Source: Anaerolineaceae bacterium (GTDB lineage: Bacteria > Chloroflexota > Anaerolineae > Anaerolineales > Anaerolineaceae). From it: a stretch of 64,000 nucleotides of DNA. Location of the stretch: NCBI GenBank assembly GCA_034429135.1, contig DAOUGR010000034.1:12503-76502 (forward strand), written 5' to 3'. The translations under genes and the position numbers were made by a program. The notes beneath the pieces are model-generated. The model was not told the DNA's origin. It searched no databases and saw nothing but the letters and a program-made list of their open reading frames with translations. Every line of letters starts with the position of its first letter. Position 1 is the first letter of the stretch. Shown here piece after piece: positions 27,156 through 36,113 of this stretch.

Positions 27156-28252
27156 TCAAGATGCTCGAACATTTCTATGCGGTGATCATGGCGGGGGGCG
27201 GAGGGACGCGTTTGTGGCCTGTTTCAAGGCACACGACTCCGAAACAGATGCTAAAGCTTTTTGGAGAGAAATCCCTTTTTCAGATCGCGGTTGACCGTCT
27301 CGATGGGTTATTCGCTGCAGATCATATTTTCGTGGTAACCATTGCCGAACAGGCCAGAATGCTTCACGAAATCACGCCAAATATCCCATACGAAAATTAC
27401 TTGATTGAGCCAATGCCGAGAGGAACTGCAGCGGTTGTGGCAATGGCGGCTGCCGCGTTGTATCGCCAGGATAAAGATGCGGTTCTGGCGATCTTGACTG
27501 CTGACCATTTTATTGCTGATGTGCCCGAGTTTCAGAAAGTCCTCTGCGCGGCACACGATCTGGCAAACACAGGGTATTTGACCACTCTTGGAATTACACC
27601 GACCTATGCTTCAACCGGTTATGGTTATATCGAATCTGGTGCAGAATTGGGAACTTTTCGGGGAGCAAAGGGTTACAAGGTTAAACACTTTGTTGAAAAA
27701 CCAGATGAATCAACTGCGAAAATCTTTTTGAACAATCCGTTGATGGCGTGGAATTCGGGCATGTTCATTACCCGTGCAGATGTGATCATGGGAGAATTCA
27801 AACTCTATATGCCCGAATTATTCAGATCGATTGAGGAACTGACCGCATTGATTGGCAGAGACCACTCGAATGAAAAATTTATCAATACCTGGTCAGCGCT
27901 AAAACCTCAGACGATTGATTACGGGATAATGGAAAAATCGCAAAAAGCAGCGGTCATTCCTGCGGCCAATCTTGGATGGAACGATGTTGGCAGCTGGGAT
28001 TCGTTATTCGATGTGCTCACGCCAGATCGAAACGGGAATATTATTGTCAATGCCAATCCAATCACCCTTGAGACAAAGGATTCGCTGATTGTTTCTACCG
28101 ATCCATCTTCAGTGGTGGTGACAATGGGATTAAAAAACATTATTGTGGTAAAAACACCTGATGCAGTTTTAATTTGTCCGCGCGGTGAAAGCCAGCGGGT
28201 CAAAGAACTGGTCAATTACTTAAAAGAGAATCATTACACCCTTTTCTTATAG
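27152..28252 (+). CDS. Mannose-1-phosphate guanylyltransferase (nucleotidyltransferase domain only)
   Basis: VIMAGGGGTRLWPVSR pyrophosphorylase loop, then GYGYIE and EKP. There is no cupin/PMI domain. ATGA overlap with dprA. Confidence 0.8.
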   Translation: MIKMLEHFYAVIMAGGGGTRLWPVSRHTTPKQMLKLFGEKSLFQIAVDRLDGLFAADHIFVVTIAEQARMLHEITPNIPYENYLIEPMPRGTAAVVAMAAAALYRQDKDAVLAILTADHFIADVPEFQKVLCAAHDLANTGYLTTLGITPTYASTGYGYIESGAELGTFRGAKGYKVKHFVEKPDESTAKIFLNNPLMAWNSGMFITRADVIMGEFKLYMPELFRSIEELTALIGRDHSNEKFINTWSALKPQTIDYGIMEKSQKAAVIPAANLGWNDVGSWDSLFDVLTPDRNGNIIVNANPITLETKDSLIVSTDPSSVVVTMGLKNIIVVKTPDAVLICPRGESQRVKELVNYLKENHYTLFL

Positions 28253-28262
28253 GGAGGTTTCC

Positions 28263-30566
28263 ATGGAAGCGTATTGCGTCAAATGCAAAGTAAAAAGAGA
28301 GATCGAGGGAGCGAGTGCAGAGTTCAACGCGGTTGGAACTCCGGTAACACGTGGAAAGTGCCCGGTCTGCGGAACGACAATGTACCGCATTGGTGAAACC
28401 CCCGCCCATGCCCAACTTGATCGACCGCCCAGACGCCATTCCAAACCCCGCAACGGAAAACTGGTGATTGTGGAATCACCAGCAAAAGCCAAAACTGTGG
28501 GCAGGTTTCTGGGGAAAGGTTATACCGTGCGCGCATCGGTTGGTCATGTGCGTGATTTACTCCGCTCGGAACTTTCAGTGGATGTAGAAAATGGATTTAC
28601 CCCCAAATACCGAGTTCCCAATGAGAAAAGGCCGGTTGTCAAGGAATTGAAAGCCCTGGCAAAAGAAGCTGAAGAAATTTATCTGGCAACAGACCCTGAC
28701 CGCGAAGGTGAGGCTATTGCCTGGCATTTACTGGAAGCTGCTCAAATCGAGCCAAAACTTTCAAAACGTGTGGTATTTCATGAGATTACTGACCATGCCA
28801 TCAACGAGGCATTTGCCAATCCGCGAGAGATCAATATGGATCTGGTGGATGCGCAGCAGGCAAGGCGGGTGCTCGATCGTCTGGTAGGTTATTCCATCAG
28901 CCCGGTCTTATGGGAGAAGGTGCGCAGCAGGCTTTCAGCCGGCCGCGTGCAGTCAGTTGCGCTAAGGCTGATCGTTGAACGTGAGCGTGAGATCGAAGCC
29001 TTCAATCCGGTTGAATATTGGTCCATCGAAGCCGAACTTTCACCCGAAGGAAAAAAAACCCAGTATAAAACCAAACTTGCCAAGATTGATGAAAAGGACC
29101 CCGATTTAAGCAATAAAGAAATGGTTGATGGTTACCTGGTTGAAATTGAACAATCGCCATTCACGATTTCGAAAATCAAGAAAAGCGAACGCCGCCGTAA
29201 ACCATCAGCTCCGTTTATTACCAGTACTCTGCAGCAAGAAGCATCTCGCCGATTGGGATACACCGCCCGGCGAACCATGATGATCGCTCAGCAGCTTTAT
29301 GAAGGCCTGGATGTGGGCGAGGGTGGTGCCACAGGTCTGATCACATACATGCGTACCGATTCTACAAATGTAGCTGAGATCGCGCAGCAGGAAGCCAGAG
29401 GCTTCATCCAGCAAACCTATGGCGGTGATTTCTTACCAGAAACCCCACCGCAATATAAAACCCGCGCCGTGTCTGCGCAGGAAGCGCATGAAGCCATCCG
29501 CCCAACTTCGGTAATGCGGCAGCCGGAAAAAATAAAAGAATATTTATCACCCGAACAGTTCAAACTCTATCAACTCGTCTGGCAGCGTTTTGTGGCTTCA
29601 CAAATGGAAGCTGCGGTCTACGATACTCTATCTATCGAAGTGACCGCTGCAGGAAGCCAGCACTCATTCTTGTTCAGGGCTTCAGGTTCAACAATTAAAT
29701 TCCCCGGATTTCTGGTCGTCTATGAAGAAGCACAGGATGAAGACCAAAAGACTGAAGAGACGGAGAATATCAGAATTCCTGCAGGATTGGAAGAAGGACA
29801 AAAACAGGATCTGATTCGCCTGCTGCCGGAACAACATTTTACTCAGCCGCCCCCGCGTTATACCGAAGCCACGCTGGTTCAGGTCCTCGAGGAGTATGGT
29901 ATTGGCCGGCCGTCAACTTACGCGCCAATCCTTTCAACCATTCAACAGCGTGGTTATGTTGTGCGTGAAGCAAAACGTCTCTCTCCGACAGAAACTGGAA
30001 TTCTGGTAAATGATCTGGTGGTTGAGCACTTCCCTGACATTGTGGATCTTAATTTCACCGCCAAAATGGAATCGGAGCTAGATCAGGTTGCTGCCGGCGA
30101 TGAAGACTGGAAGAAAGTGGTTGGAGAATTCTGGTTAGGGTTTGAGCCTGAAGTAAAGAAAGCACAGGCGGAGATGCCGGTTACCAAGTCTGAGCCAGAA
30201 AAGATCGGCCGCGCCTGTCCTGACTGCGGTCACGACCTTGTGATTCGCTGGGGACGTTATGGCAAATTCATCAGTTGCTCCAATTTCCCTGCCTGCCGGC
30301 ATACAGAAGCGCTTCTCGAAAAGATTGGAGTTACCTGCCCTAAAGATGGTGGAGATCTGGTGTTGCGAAAGACACGCAAGGGACGCATTTTCTACGCTTG
30401 CGCCAATTACCCGACGTGTGATTTTACAAACTGGAAACGACCTGTCGCGAACCCGTGCCCTAAATGTGGTGGTCTGATGGTGATTGCCAACAAGAAGGAA
30501 GTTCAGTGTACCCAGTGCGAAGAGAGTTTTCTGATCGAAGAGATCGGGGTCGCCATTCCTGAATAG
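28263..30566 (+). CDS. topA: DNA topoisomerase I with an extra N-terminal zinc ribbon
   Basis: TOPRIM (KLVIVESPAKAKT, DPDREGE) and the active-site Tyr in GLITYMRTDST. Three C-terminal Zn-ribbon repeats. The first approx. 45 aa form an additional CxxC...CxxC ribbon. Confidence 0.95.
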   Translation: MEAYCVKCKVKREIEGASAEFNAVGTPVTRGKCPVCGTTMYRIGETPAHAQLDRPPRRHSKPRNGKLVIVESPAKAKTVGRFLGKGYTVRASVGHVRDLLRSELSVDVENGFTPKYRVPNEKRPVVKELKALAKEAEEIYLATDPDREGEAIAWHLLEAAQIEPKLSKRVVFHEITDHAINEAFANPREINMDLVDAQQARRVLDRLVGYSISPVLWEKVRSRLSAGRVQSVALRLIVEREREIEAFNPVEYWSIEAELSPEGKKTQYKTKLAKIDEKDPDLSNKEMVDGYLVEIEQSPFTISKIKKSERRRKPSAPFITSTLQQEASRRLGYTARRTMMIAQQLYEGLDVGEGGATGLITYMRTDSTNVAEIAQQEARGFIQQTYGGDFLPETPPQYKTRAVSAQEAHEAIRPTSVMRQPEKIKEYLSPEQFKLYQLVWQRFVASQMEAAVYDTLSIEVTAAGSQHSFLFRASGSTIKFPGFLVVYEEAQDEDQKTEETENIRIPAGLEEGQKQDLIRLLPEQHFTQPPPRYTEATLVQVLEEYGIGRPSTYAPILSTIQQRGYVVREAKRLSPTETGILVNDLVVEHFPDIVDLNFTAKMESELDQVAAGDEDWKKVVGEFWLGFEPEVKKAQAEMPVTKSEPEKIGRACPDCGHDLVIRWGRYGKFISCSNFPACRHTEALLEKIGVTCPKDGGDLVLRKTRKGRIFYACANYPTCDFTNWKRPVANPCPKCGGLMVIANKKEVQCTQCEESFLIEEIGVAIPE

Positions 30567-30592
30567 GCATATTTATTGCAACAGATTTCTTG

Positions 30593-30621
30593 TTGCTTTC
30601 GATATGCTTTTCATCTACAAT
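30593..30621 (+). promoter_or_regulatory. Candidate promoter for the 357-aa membrane protein gene
   Basis: TTGCTT (30593-30598), a 17-nt spacer, then TACAAT (30616-30621). A short gcaaca/tgttgc hairpin just upstream overlaps the -35 element. RBS TAGGAG lies 8 nt before the ATG. Confidence 0.3.
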
Positions 30622-30644
30622 AGCTTATTGTAGGAGTTGATAAA

Positions 30645-31718
30645 ATGGAAAAAATTAAGGAACTCATCAAACGTCCGCTTGTTACAGGGATCATCGGTCT
30701 CGTTTTAGGCTTAATCATCGGCCTTCCAGTTCTTGGCTGGGGATTGTGGCCGGTCAAATGGAAGGATGCTGACGCCAGTTACCTCCGCCAGGATCTAAAA
30801 AACCAATACCTTTGCATGATTGTTGACTCTTACAAGGTTAATAAAGATGCAAACCTGGCCAAGGCCAGGGTGGATTCACTGGGGGTTGATCTGGTATCCA
30901 ATCCATTCCTTTTTGATACTCTGCAAGCAGGTGGCTGCAATTACTCTTCCAGCGATGAAGTGGTGATGTCATTGAAATCTGCGCTGCTTGCCGCGCAGCC
31001 TTCAACGGGCATGCCGACTACCGTTGGAACCACAGTACCGCTTCCAACTCAGGTGGCGACAACACCTGCAAAAGGGAAGAATTCGGTTCTTTTACTCACC
31101 CTGCTGTGCGCTGTCTTTTTAATCATCGGCGGAGCGTTGGTTTATATCTTCTTCATTCGTAACCGCCGAACGAACAAAGATACCGTCCCGGCTCCATTAG
31201 AAGATGAGGGTGATGAATATTATGAAGAACCTGAGCTTGAAACGGTATCCAAATATCCAGTCAAGGCCCCACCTGTGACACTTCCGGAAGAAGGACCTGT
31301 GGCTCATTTCATGACCACTTATGAGATCGGGGATGACCTTTATGACGATAGTTTCAGTATTGACGCTCCCAATGGTACCTTCCTGGGTGAATGTGGGGTG
31401 GGTATCTCTGATACCATCGGGGTTGGTGATCCAAAGAAGGTAACCGCTTTTGAAGTATGGCTATTTGATAAGAATGATATTCAAACGGTTACCAAAGTAC
31501 TAATGAGTTCCCACGCGATGAACGATACTGGAATTCGCCAGCGCCTGGCGATGAAAGGTGAACCAATCCAGGTAGAACCCGGCCAGCAAATCTTACTCGA
31601 GACTGCAACCTTACAGCTCGAAGCCAGAGTGGTCGAAATGGTTTATGGGCAGGGTGCGCTACCATCCGGCAGTTTCTTTGAGCGTCTTACTTTGGAAATG
31701 TCGGTCTGGCCGAAATAA
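30645..31718 (+). CDS. Uncharacterised two-TM membrane protein with an acidic linker and a conserved-looking C-terminal domain
   Basis: TM1 VTGIIGLVLGLIIGLPVLGWGLW, an approx. 130-aa external segment, then TM2 VLLLTLLCAVFLIIGGALVYIFFI. The linker is acidic (EDEGDEYYEEPELE). The 150-aa C-terminal domain matches no family that I recognise. Confidence 0.55.
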   Translation: MEKIKELIKRPLVTGIIGLVLGLIIGLPVLGWGLWPVKWKDADASYLRQDLKNQYLCMIVDSYKVNKDANLAKARVDSLGVDLVSNPFLFDTLQAGGCNYSSSDEVVMSLKSALLAAQPSTGMPTTVGTTVPLPTQVATTPAKGKNSVLLLTLLCAVFLIIGGALVYIFFIRNRRTNKDTVPAPLEDEGDEYYEEPELETVSKYPVKAPPVTLPEEGPVAHFMTTYEIGDDLYDDSFSIDAPNGTFLGECGVGISDTIGVGDPKKVTAFEVWLFDKNDIQTVTKVLMSSHAMNDTGIRQRLAMKGEPIQVEPGQQILLETATLQLEARVVEMVYGQGALPSGSFFERLTLEMSVWPK

Positions 31719-31734
31719 TCGGATAAAAGTTGAA

Positions 31735-31768
31735 CAAAAAATCCGGGTTGTGAACCCGGATTTTTTTA
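31735..31768. terminator. Bidirectional rho-independent terminator
   Basis: aaaaaatccgggtt gtg aacccggattttttt is a perfect 9-bp GC-rich core flanked by an A-run and a T-run. It sits between convergent genes and overlaps the greA stop. Confidence 0.65.
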
Positions 31769-32233
31769 TTCGATGCGTAGTATTTTTAATGTGATTGATC
31801 CACCCGGGGTCTGAACAGAGATAGACTCGCCAGGTTTGCGTCCGATCAGCGCTTGCCCGATGGGAGAGTCATGCGAGATTTTTCCTGCGCGAGGATTGGC
31901 TTCTTGAGGGCCTACCACTTGAAAGGTTTCTTCCTCTTCGTTTTCTTCCTTGATGGTTACTCTTGCACCAATCTGTACGACATCTGAATTGCCAGAATTT
32001 TCATCAATAATGATGACATCTCTCAAGACGTTGGTTAACTCTTGAATGCGTCCTTCCATAAATGCCTGCTCTTCTTTAGCAGCGGAGTAATCGGCATTTT
32101 CAGAAAGGTCACCCATCTGGATGGCGGCTCTCAAGCGTTTAGCAAGTGCCTCACGAGCCGGCCCTTCGAGATATTTTAATTCGGCGCGAAGTTTTTCAGC
32201 ACCTTCTTTGGTGAGATAGGAAGGTCTTTTCAT
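31766..32233 (-). CDS. greA: Transcription elongation factor GreA
   Basis: 155 aa with an N-terminal coiled coil carrying the acidic tip (GDLSENADYSAAKEEQ). C-terminal FKBP-like domain (ISHDSPIGQALIGRKPGE). Confidence 0.95.
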   Translation of the reverse strand: MKRPSYLTKEGAEKLRAELKYLEGPAREALAKRLRAAIQMGDLSENADYSAAKEEQAFMEGRIQELTNVLRDVIIIDENSGNSDVVQIGARVTIKEENEEEETFQVVGPQEANPRAGKISHDSPIGQALIGRKPGESISVQTPGGSITLKILRIE

Positions 32234-32263
32234 TCATTCTCCATTGTTTCTAAGTTCGTATTT

Positions 32264-33415
32264 CTAAGGCAGCAGTGAGGGATCGAACAATTTTTGATAT
32301 TCATCCACTGCAAAGCGATCGGTCATGCCTGCCAGATAATCACATATTGTGCGTTCCTTACCTTTAACCGCGATCTGTTCCTGAAACTGGAGCGGAAGCA
32401 TCGTGGGTTCAGCAGTATACGCTTCGAAAAGTTGCGTAAGAACTCTTTCTGCTTTCTTTTGCATACGCACCACCCGATACTGGCGGTACATATTCGCAAA
32501 CAAGAAATCTCTGAGTTCCTTATTCTTTTTACTCATGGATTCATCGAATCCCACTACATTATAAGACAAGGATTGTAATTCCTGTAGAGTTTTAACACCG
32601 CTTCTTGCGATCGTTTCACTCGAATTCTGGATCATGCTGCTAACCTGCAACCCAATCAATTCGCGAATGATCGAATGGCGGGTGAGGTCATCCAGCTGGC
32701 AAGATTCAGGGTTGAATTGTTCGACAACCATGTCCCACAGGTCAATACCATCCAGCATATCCGTGGTAATCATTCCCGACCGCAACCCATCATCAAGATC
32801 ATGTGAGGTATAAGCCAATTCATCAGCAACGTTGGTGATCTGTGCCTCAAGGTGACCGCGCAGGTGAGGGTCGAATTCCAACGCATCAGTCTTGTCGTAA
32901 GCAGTCTCGTGTTTTACGATGCCTTCAAGGACTTCCCATGAAAGGTTAAGACCAGTGAATTGTGGATAACGATGTTCAAGTTCGGTAACGATGCGGAATG
33001 AATGGTGGTTGTGGTTGAACCCACCATGATCATGCATGAGTTCATTCAACGTTGATTCTCCGGAATGACCGAAAGGCGGATGCCCCAGATCATGCGCGAG
33101 ACAGATGGTCTCAACAAGGTCTTCATTTGCTCCCAGCGCTCGTGCGATCGTCCTTCCGATCTGTGCAACTTCCAGAGTGTGAGTCAGGCGTGTACGATAG
33201 TAATCTCCTTCGTAATTTATAAACACCTGGGTTTTATACTCGAGGCGCCGAAAGGCCGTCGTGTGCAAGATGCGATCGCGATCACGTTGGAAGCAGGTGC
33301 GGTAATCTGGTTCGCGTTCAGGATACTTACGACCTCTCGAGCGATTGGCATGAACCGCATAAGGGGCAAGAATGTCATCTTCGATCTTTTCCAGGTAAAT
33401 GCGATCGAATTTCAT
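32264..33415 (-). CDS. dGTP triphosphohydrolase-like HD-domain protein
   Basis: FQRDRDRILHTTAFRRLEYKTQVF and RLTHTLEVAQIGR...AHDLGHPPFGH (HD motif). The length is typical of Dgt-like type 2 proteins. The AAGGAG RBS overlaps the upstream stop. Confidence 0.85.
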   Translation of the reverse strand: MKFDRIYLEKIEDDILAPYAVHANRSRGRKYPEREPDYRTCFQRDRDRILHTTAFRRLEYKTQVFINYEGDYYRTRLTHTLEVAQIGRTIARALGANEDLVETICLAHDLGHPPFGHSGESTLNELMHDHGGFNHNHHSFRIVTELEHRYPQFTGLNLSWEVLEGIVKHETAYDKTDALEFDPHLRGHLEAQITNVADELAYTSHDLDDGLRSGMITTDMLDGIDLWDMVVEQFNPESCQLDDLTRHSIIRELIGLQVSSMIQNSSETIARSGVKTLQELQSLSYNVVGFDESMSKKNKELRDFLFANMYRQYRVVRMQKKAERVLTQLFEAYTAEPTMLPLQFQEQIAVKGKERTICDYLAGMTDRFAVDEYQKLFDPSLLP

Positions 33416-33424
33416 GGTTTCTCC

Positions 33425-34234
33425 TTATGAATTCTGGCAAAGCCTTGTACCGGCCTTTTGCCCTGATAACACTGCAGCAACAAGGCCGGGTTCCATTCCA
33501 GAAAATATGATTACCTCATGGCAAAGTCTCTTTTCGACCAGGTTGATCATGGTATGAACTTTGCTTTGCATTCCTCCGGTAATATCGGGGCTTGCAGACC
33601 CATTTAATATTTTATCCACACTGCCAATGGTTGCAGGCGTGATGGTTGGAATGATTTCTTTGCGTTCTGGATAATCCTTCCACACACCGGGTTCGATGCC
33701 TGACAACAGGATTTTCTCCGGTTCAAATTCTGCGGCGAGGAATTCAAATTGCTCTTCAGTTGAAAAGATCGTTCCACCACGTATGCTATCGAAAATGACA
33801 TCGCCATAAACAACCGGAACAAGGCCATGGATCAAGGCTGACCTGATTTGCACCGTATCCCAGCTGTTTATCTTGCCATCTACGGCAAGGATCTGGGCGC
33901 AGGGAGAAAACGAAATTGCCGGGATGCCCGCCTGATGTAGGGCTTTCATTACCAGAAAGTTCAGAGAAATGGCTTCTCGCCAAACTTCGATGAACCCCAA
34001 CCATTGCTGTGGCGTGGTTACTTGCTGGCGTGTCTGGTACTTCTGGGCTGGAATGTGGCCGAATGATCCAGAACCGTGCCCGATCAGAAGACGCAACTGT
34101 GGATTGGCGATCAAAGCAGAGGAAATTTCATGTGCAAGTCGATCCAATACATCCTGCCGAACGGTATGAGGTTTGTCTTTATCGGTTATGAGAGAACCAC
34201 CTAGTTTTAAAAAAATGAGATTGTTCATCAGCAT
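33425..34234 (-). CDS. Isopentenyl phosphate kinase (amino-acid-kinase fold)
   Basis: FLKLGGSLITDK and IGHGSGSFGH, the conserved His loop of IPKs. 269 aa. 7-nt overlap with mevalonate kinase. Confidence 0.75.
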   Translation of the reverse strand: MLMNNLIFLKLGGSLITDKDKPHTVRQDVLDRLAHEISSALIANPQLRLLIGHGSGSFGHIPAQKYQTRQQVTTPQQWLGFIEVWREAISLNFLVMKALHQAGIPAISFSPCAQILAVDGKINSWDTVQIRSALIHGLVPVVYGDVIFDSIRGGTIFSTEEQFEFLAAEFEPEKILLSGIEPGVWKDYPERKEIIPTITPATIGSVDKILNGSASPDITGGMQSKVHTMINLVEKRLCHEVIIFSGMEPGLVAAVLSGQKAGTRLCQNS

Positions 34235-35187
34235 GCTCCATCTGTTGATGGGATCAATGTAATAATAGTCCGGGTAGCTCCACTTATTAATAGCCTTTGA
34301 GCGATTTGCTGTGCCTGTTCAGGATTCGCAAGAACAATGATGTTCCCACCCAGGCCGCCTCCTGAGAGTTTTGCCCCAAGCGCACCGGCCTGCATTGCGG
34401 CATTTACCAGTTGATCCAACGCCAGGTTAGATACCCCGATGCGCTGTAATAATTCGTGGTTGCGGGTTAGCAGAGGGCCGATTTCATCAAGAAGACCTGT
34501 TTCAAGATCTCTGCGGATTTGTAGGGTAAGCTGGCCGATTTCACGAAAAATGGCTTCATATCCATCTCTGTCTATTTCCCAGCGCTGCCTGACCTGGGCA
34601 ACAGCGCTGGCTGTTGAGCCTTTGATGCCTGTATCTGCAATTATCAGGGTCAACGGGTGGAAGATTTTAATAAACTCGATGGGCTTGCCACGCTGGAAAA
34701 ACACCGGCGCGCCATAAGTGATCACCGTGTTATCAATGCCTGAAGGAGATCCGTGATGTAGTTTTTCAATCTCAAATGCAATATGGTTCACGCGATCGTT
34801 GTCAAATGGGTGCCCTAGATAAGTGGAGATTGCCCTGACAAGAGCAACCGTCACTGATGCGCTCGATCCCAGTCCGGCCGATACTGGCATGGTGGTATGG
34901 ATAGAGATCTCACAGGCTGGAATATGGTCGATTTTTAATTCTCGCATGACAAGGTTTATTGCAGCCCGTAACGGATTGTCAGGTTCAAGTGAATCCAATG
35001 ATCCATCAAGTGAGATCGACGGGGCTTTGATCGTATTGCTACTTGAAGGAGCAAGCGGTTTGGCAGTGATTTTTACTGTTGTTGAAACCTGAAAAACGGG
35101 CAGGGCGATGGCTGGCGCTCCGTAGACAACAGCATGTTCACCGCAGAGGATGACTTTGCCTGGTGCAGAACAGGATATGGCTGGCAT
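34228..35187 (-). CDS. mvk: Mevalonate kinase (GHMP kinase)
   Basis: APGKVILCGEHAVVYG, GHMP motif 2 PVSAGLGSSAS and motif 3 KLSGGGLGG. Confidence 0.85.
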   Translation of the reverse strand: MPAISCSAPGKVILCGEHAVVYGAPAIALPVFQVSTTVKITAKPLAPSSSNTIKAPSISLDGSLDSLEPDNPLRAAINLVMRELKIDHIPACEISIHTTMPVSAGLGSSASVTVALVRAISTYLGHPFDNDRVNHIAFEIEKLHHGSPSGIDNTVITYGAPVFFQRGKPIEFIKIFHPLTLIIADTGIKGSTASAVAQVRQRWEIDRDGYEAIFREIGQLTLQIRRDLETGLLDEIGPLLTRNHELLQRIGVSNLALDQLVNAAMQAGALGAKLSGGGLGGNIIVLANPEQAQQIAQRLLISGATRTIITLIPSTDGAC

Positions 35188-35194
35188 GGAAAAC

Positions 35195-36067
35195 CTAGAA
35201 GATGTAAAAAATGATCAGGATGGACAATCCCCAGAGAACAATTGCTGCTTGAAGTGGACGGTCAGTGAGCAAAAGCTCTTCTGGCTCTCCCCCGGCATTT
35301 CTCATTTTGATTAAGTATAAATAACGAAAAATTCCGTAGAGAACAAAAGGAATAGTCAACATCATCACATGATTGTCTGGCAGGTTGGGTGCCGAGAAAG
35401 TATACAGCGAATAGGCAATGATTGTTGTGGAGGAAACGATTGTGATCAGTTGATCGATAAAATCAATGGAATATCCAGAAAGGACTTTTCGGTGGGATTG
35501 AGGACTGTCGCTGACGAGCGCCGACATCTCTGCGCGACGTTTGCCGAAGCCAAGGTAAAGCGCCAAAAGGGTCATGACCACATACAACCATGGTGAAAAG
35601 CGTTGTACTTCAATCACCGAAACCCCTGCTGCAACGCGCAAAACAAAACATGCAGCAATGACCAGCACATCGATGAGTGGGTAGTGTTTTAACCACTTAG
35701 AGTAGGCCATGTTCAGGAGGAAGTAAATTGCACAGATGATCAGAAATTGAATCGAAAGGAAGTAGGCACCCAAAAGTGCAATGAAGAGCAAACCAACGCC
35801 GATGATCAACGCGGTTGATACGGGAAGTTTGCCCGCAGCAATGGGGCGGTTCTTTTTCAGAGGATGATTGCGGTCGTATTCGCGATCAAGGATGTCGTTA
35901 ATCATGTAAACGCTGCTGGCAAGAAGGCAAAAGAGCATAAATGCTATAAAAGTTTTTAAGAAAGCATTCGCATTGAGTAGTTTACGATCAAAAACCAGAG
36001 CGGCAAAGATAAACGCATTCTTTGTCCACTGTTTCAGTCGCATTTCCTTGATGACATATTTAAGCAT
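35195..36067 (-). CDS. UbiA-family prenyltransferase, decaprenyl-phosphate phosphoribosyltransferase-like
   Basis: MRLKQWTKNAFIFAALVF followed by YMINDILDREYDRNHPLKKNRPIAAG (NDxxD...DRxHPxKxxRPIAxG). About 9 TM helices. Confidence 0.75.
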   Translation of the reverse strand: MLKYVIKEMRLKQWTKNAFIFAALVFDRKLLNANAFLKTFIAFMLFCLLASSVYMINDILDREYDRNHPLKKNRPIAAGKLPVSTALIIGVGLLFIALLGAYFLSIQFLIICAIYFLLNMAYSKWLKHYPLIDVLVIAACFVLRVAAGVSVIEVQRFSPWLYVVMTLLALYLGFGKRRAEMSALVSDSPQSHRKVLSGYSIDFIDQLITIVSSTTIIAYSLYTFSAPNLPDNHVMMLTIPFVLYGIFRYLYLIKMRNAGGEPEELLLTDRPLQAAIVLWGLSILIIFYIF

Positions 36068-36113
36068 GGGTTTAATATATCATAAGTCGTCTTTTCAAAT
36101 GTAAAATTAGGAC

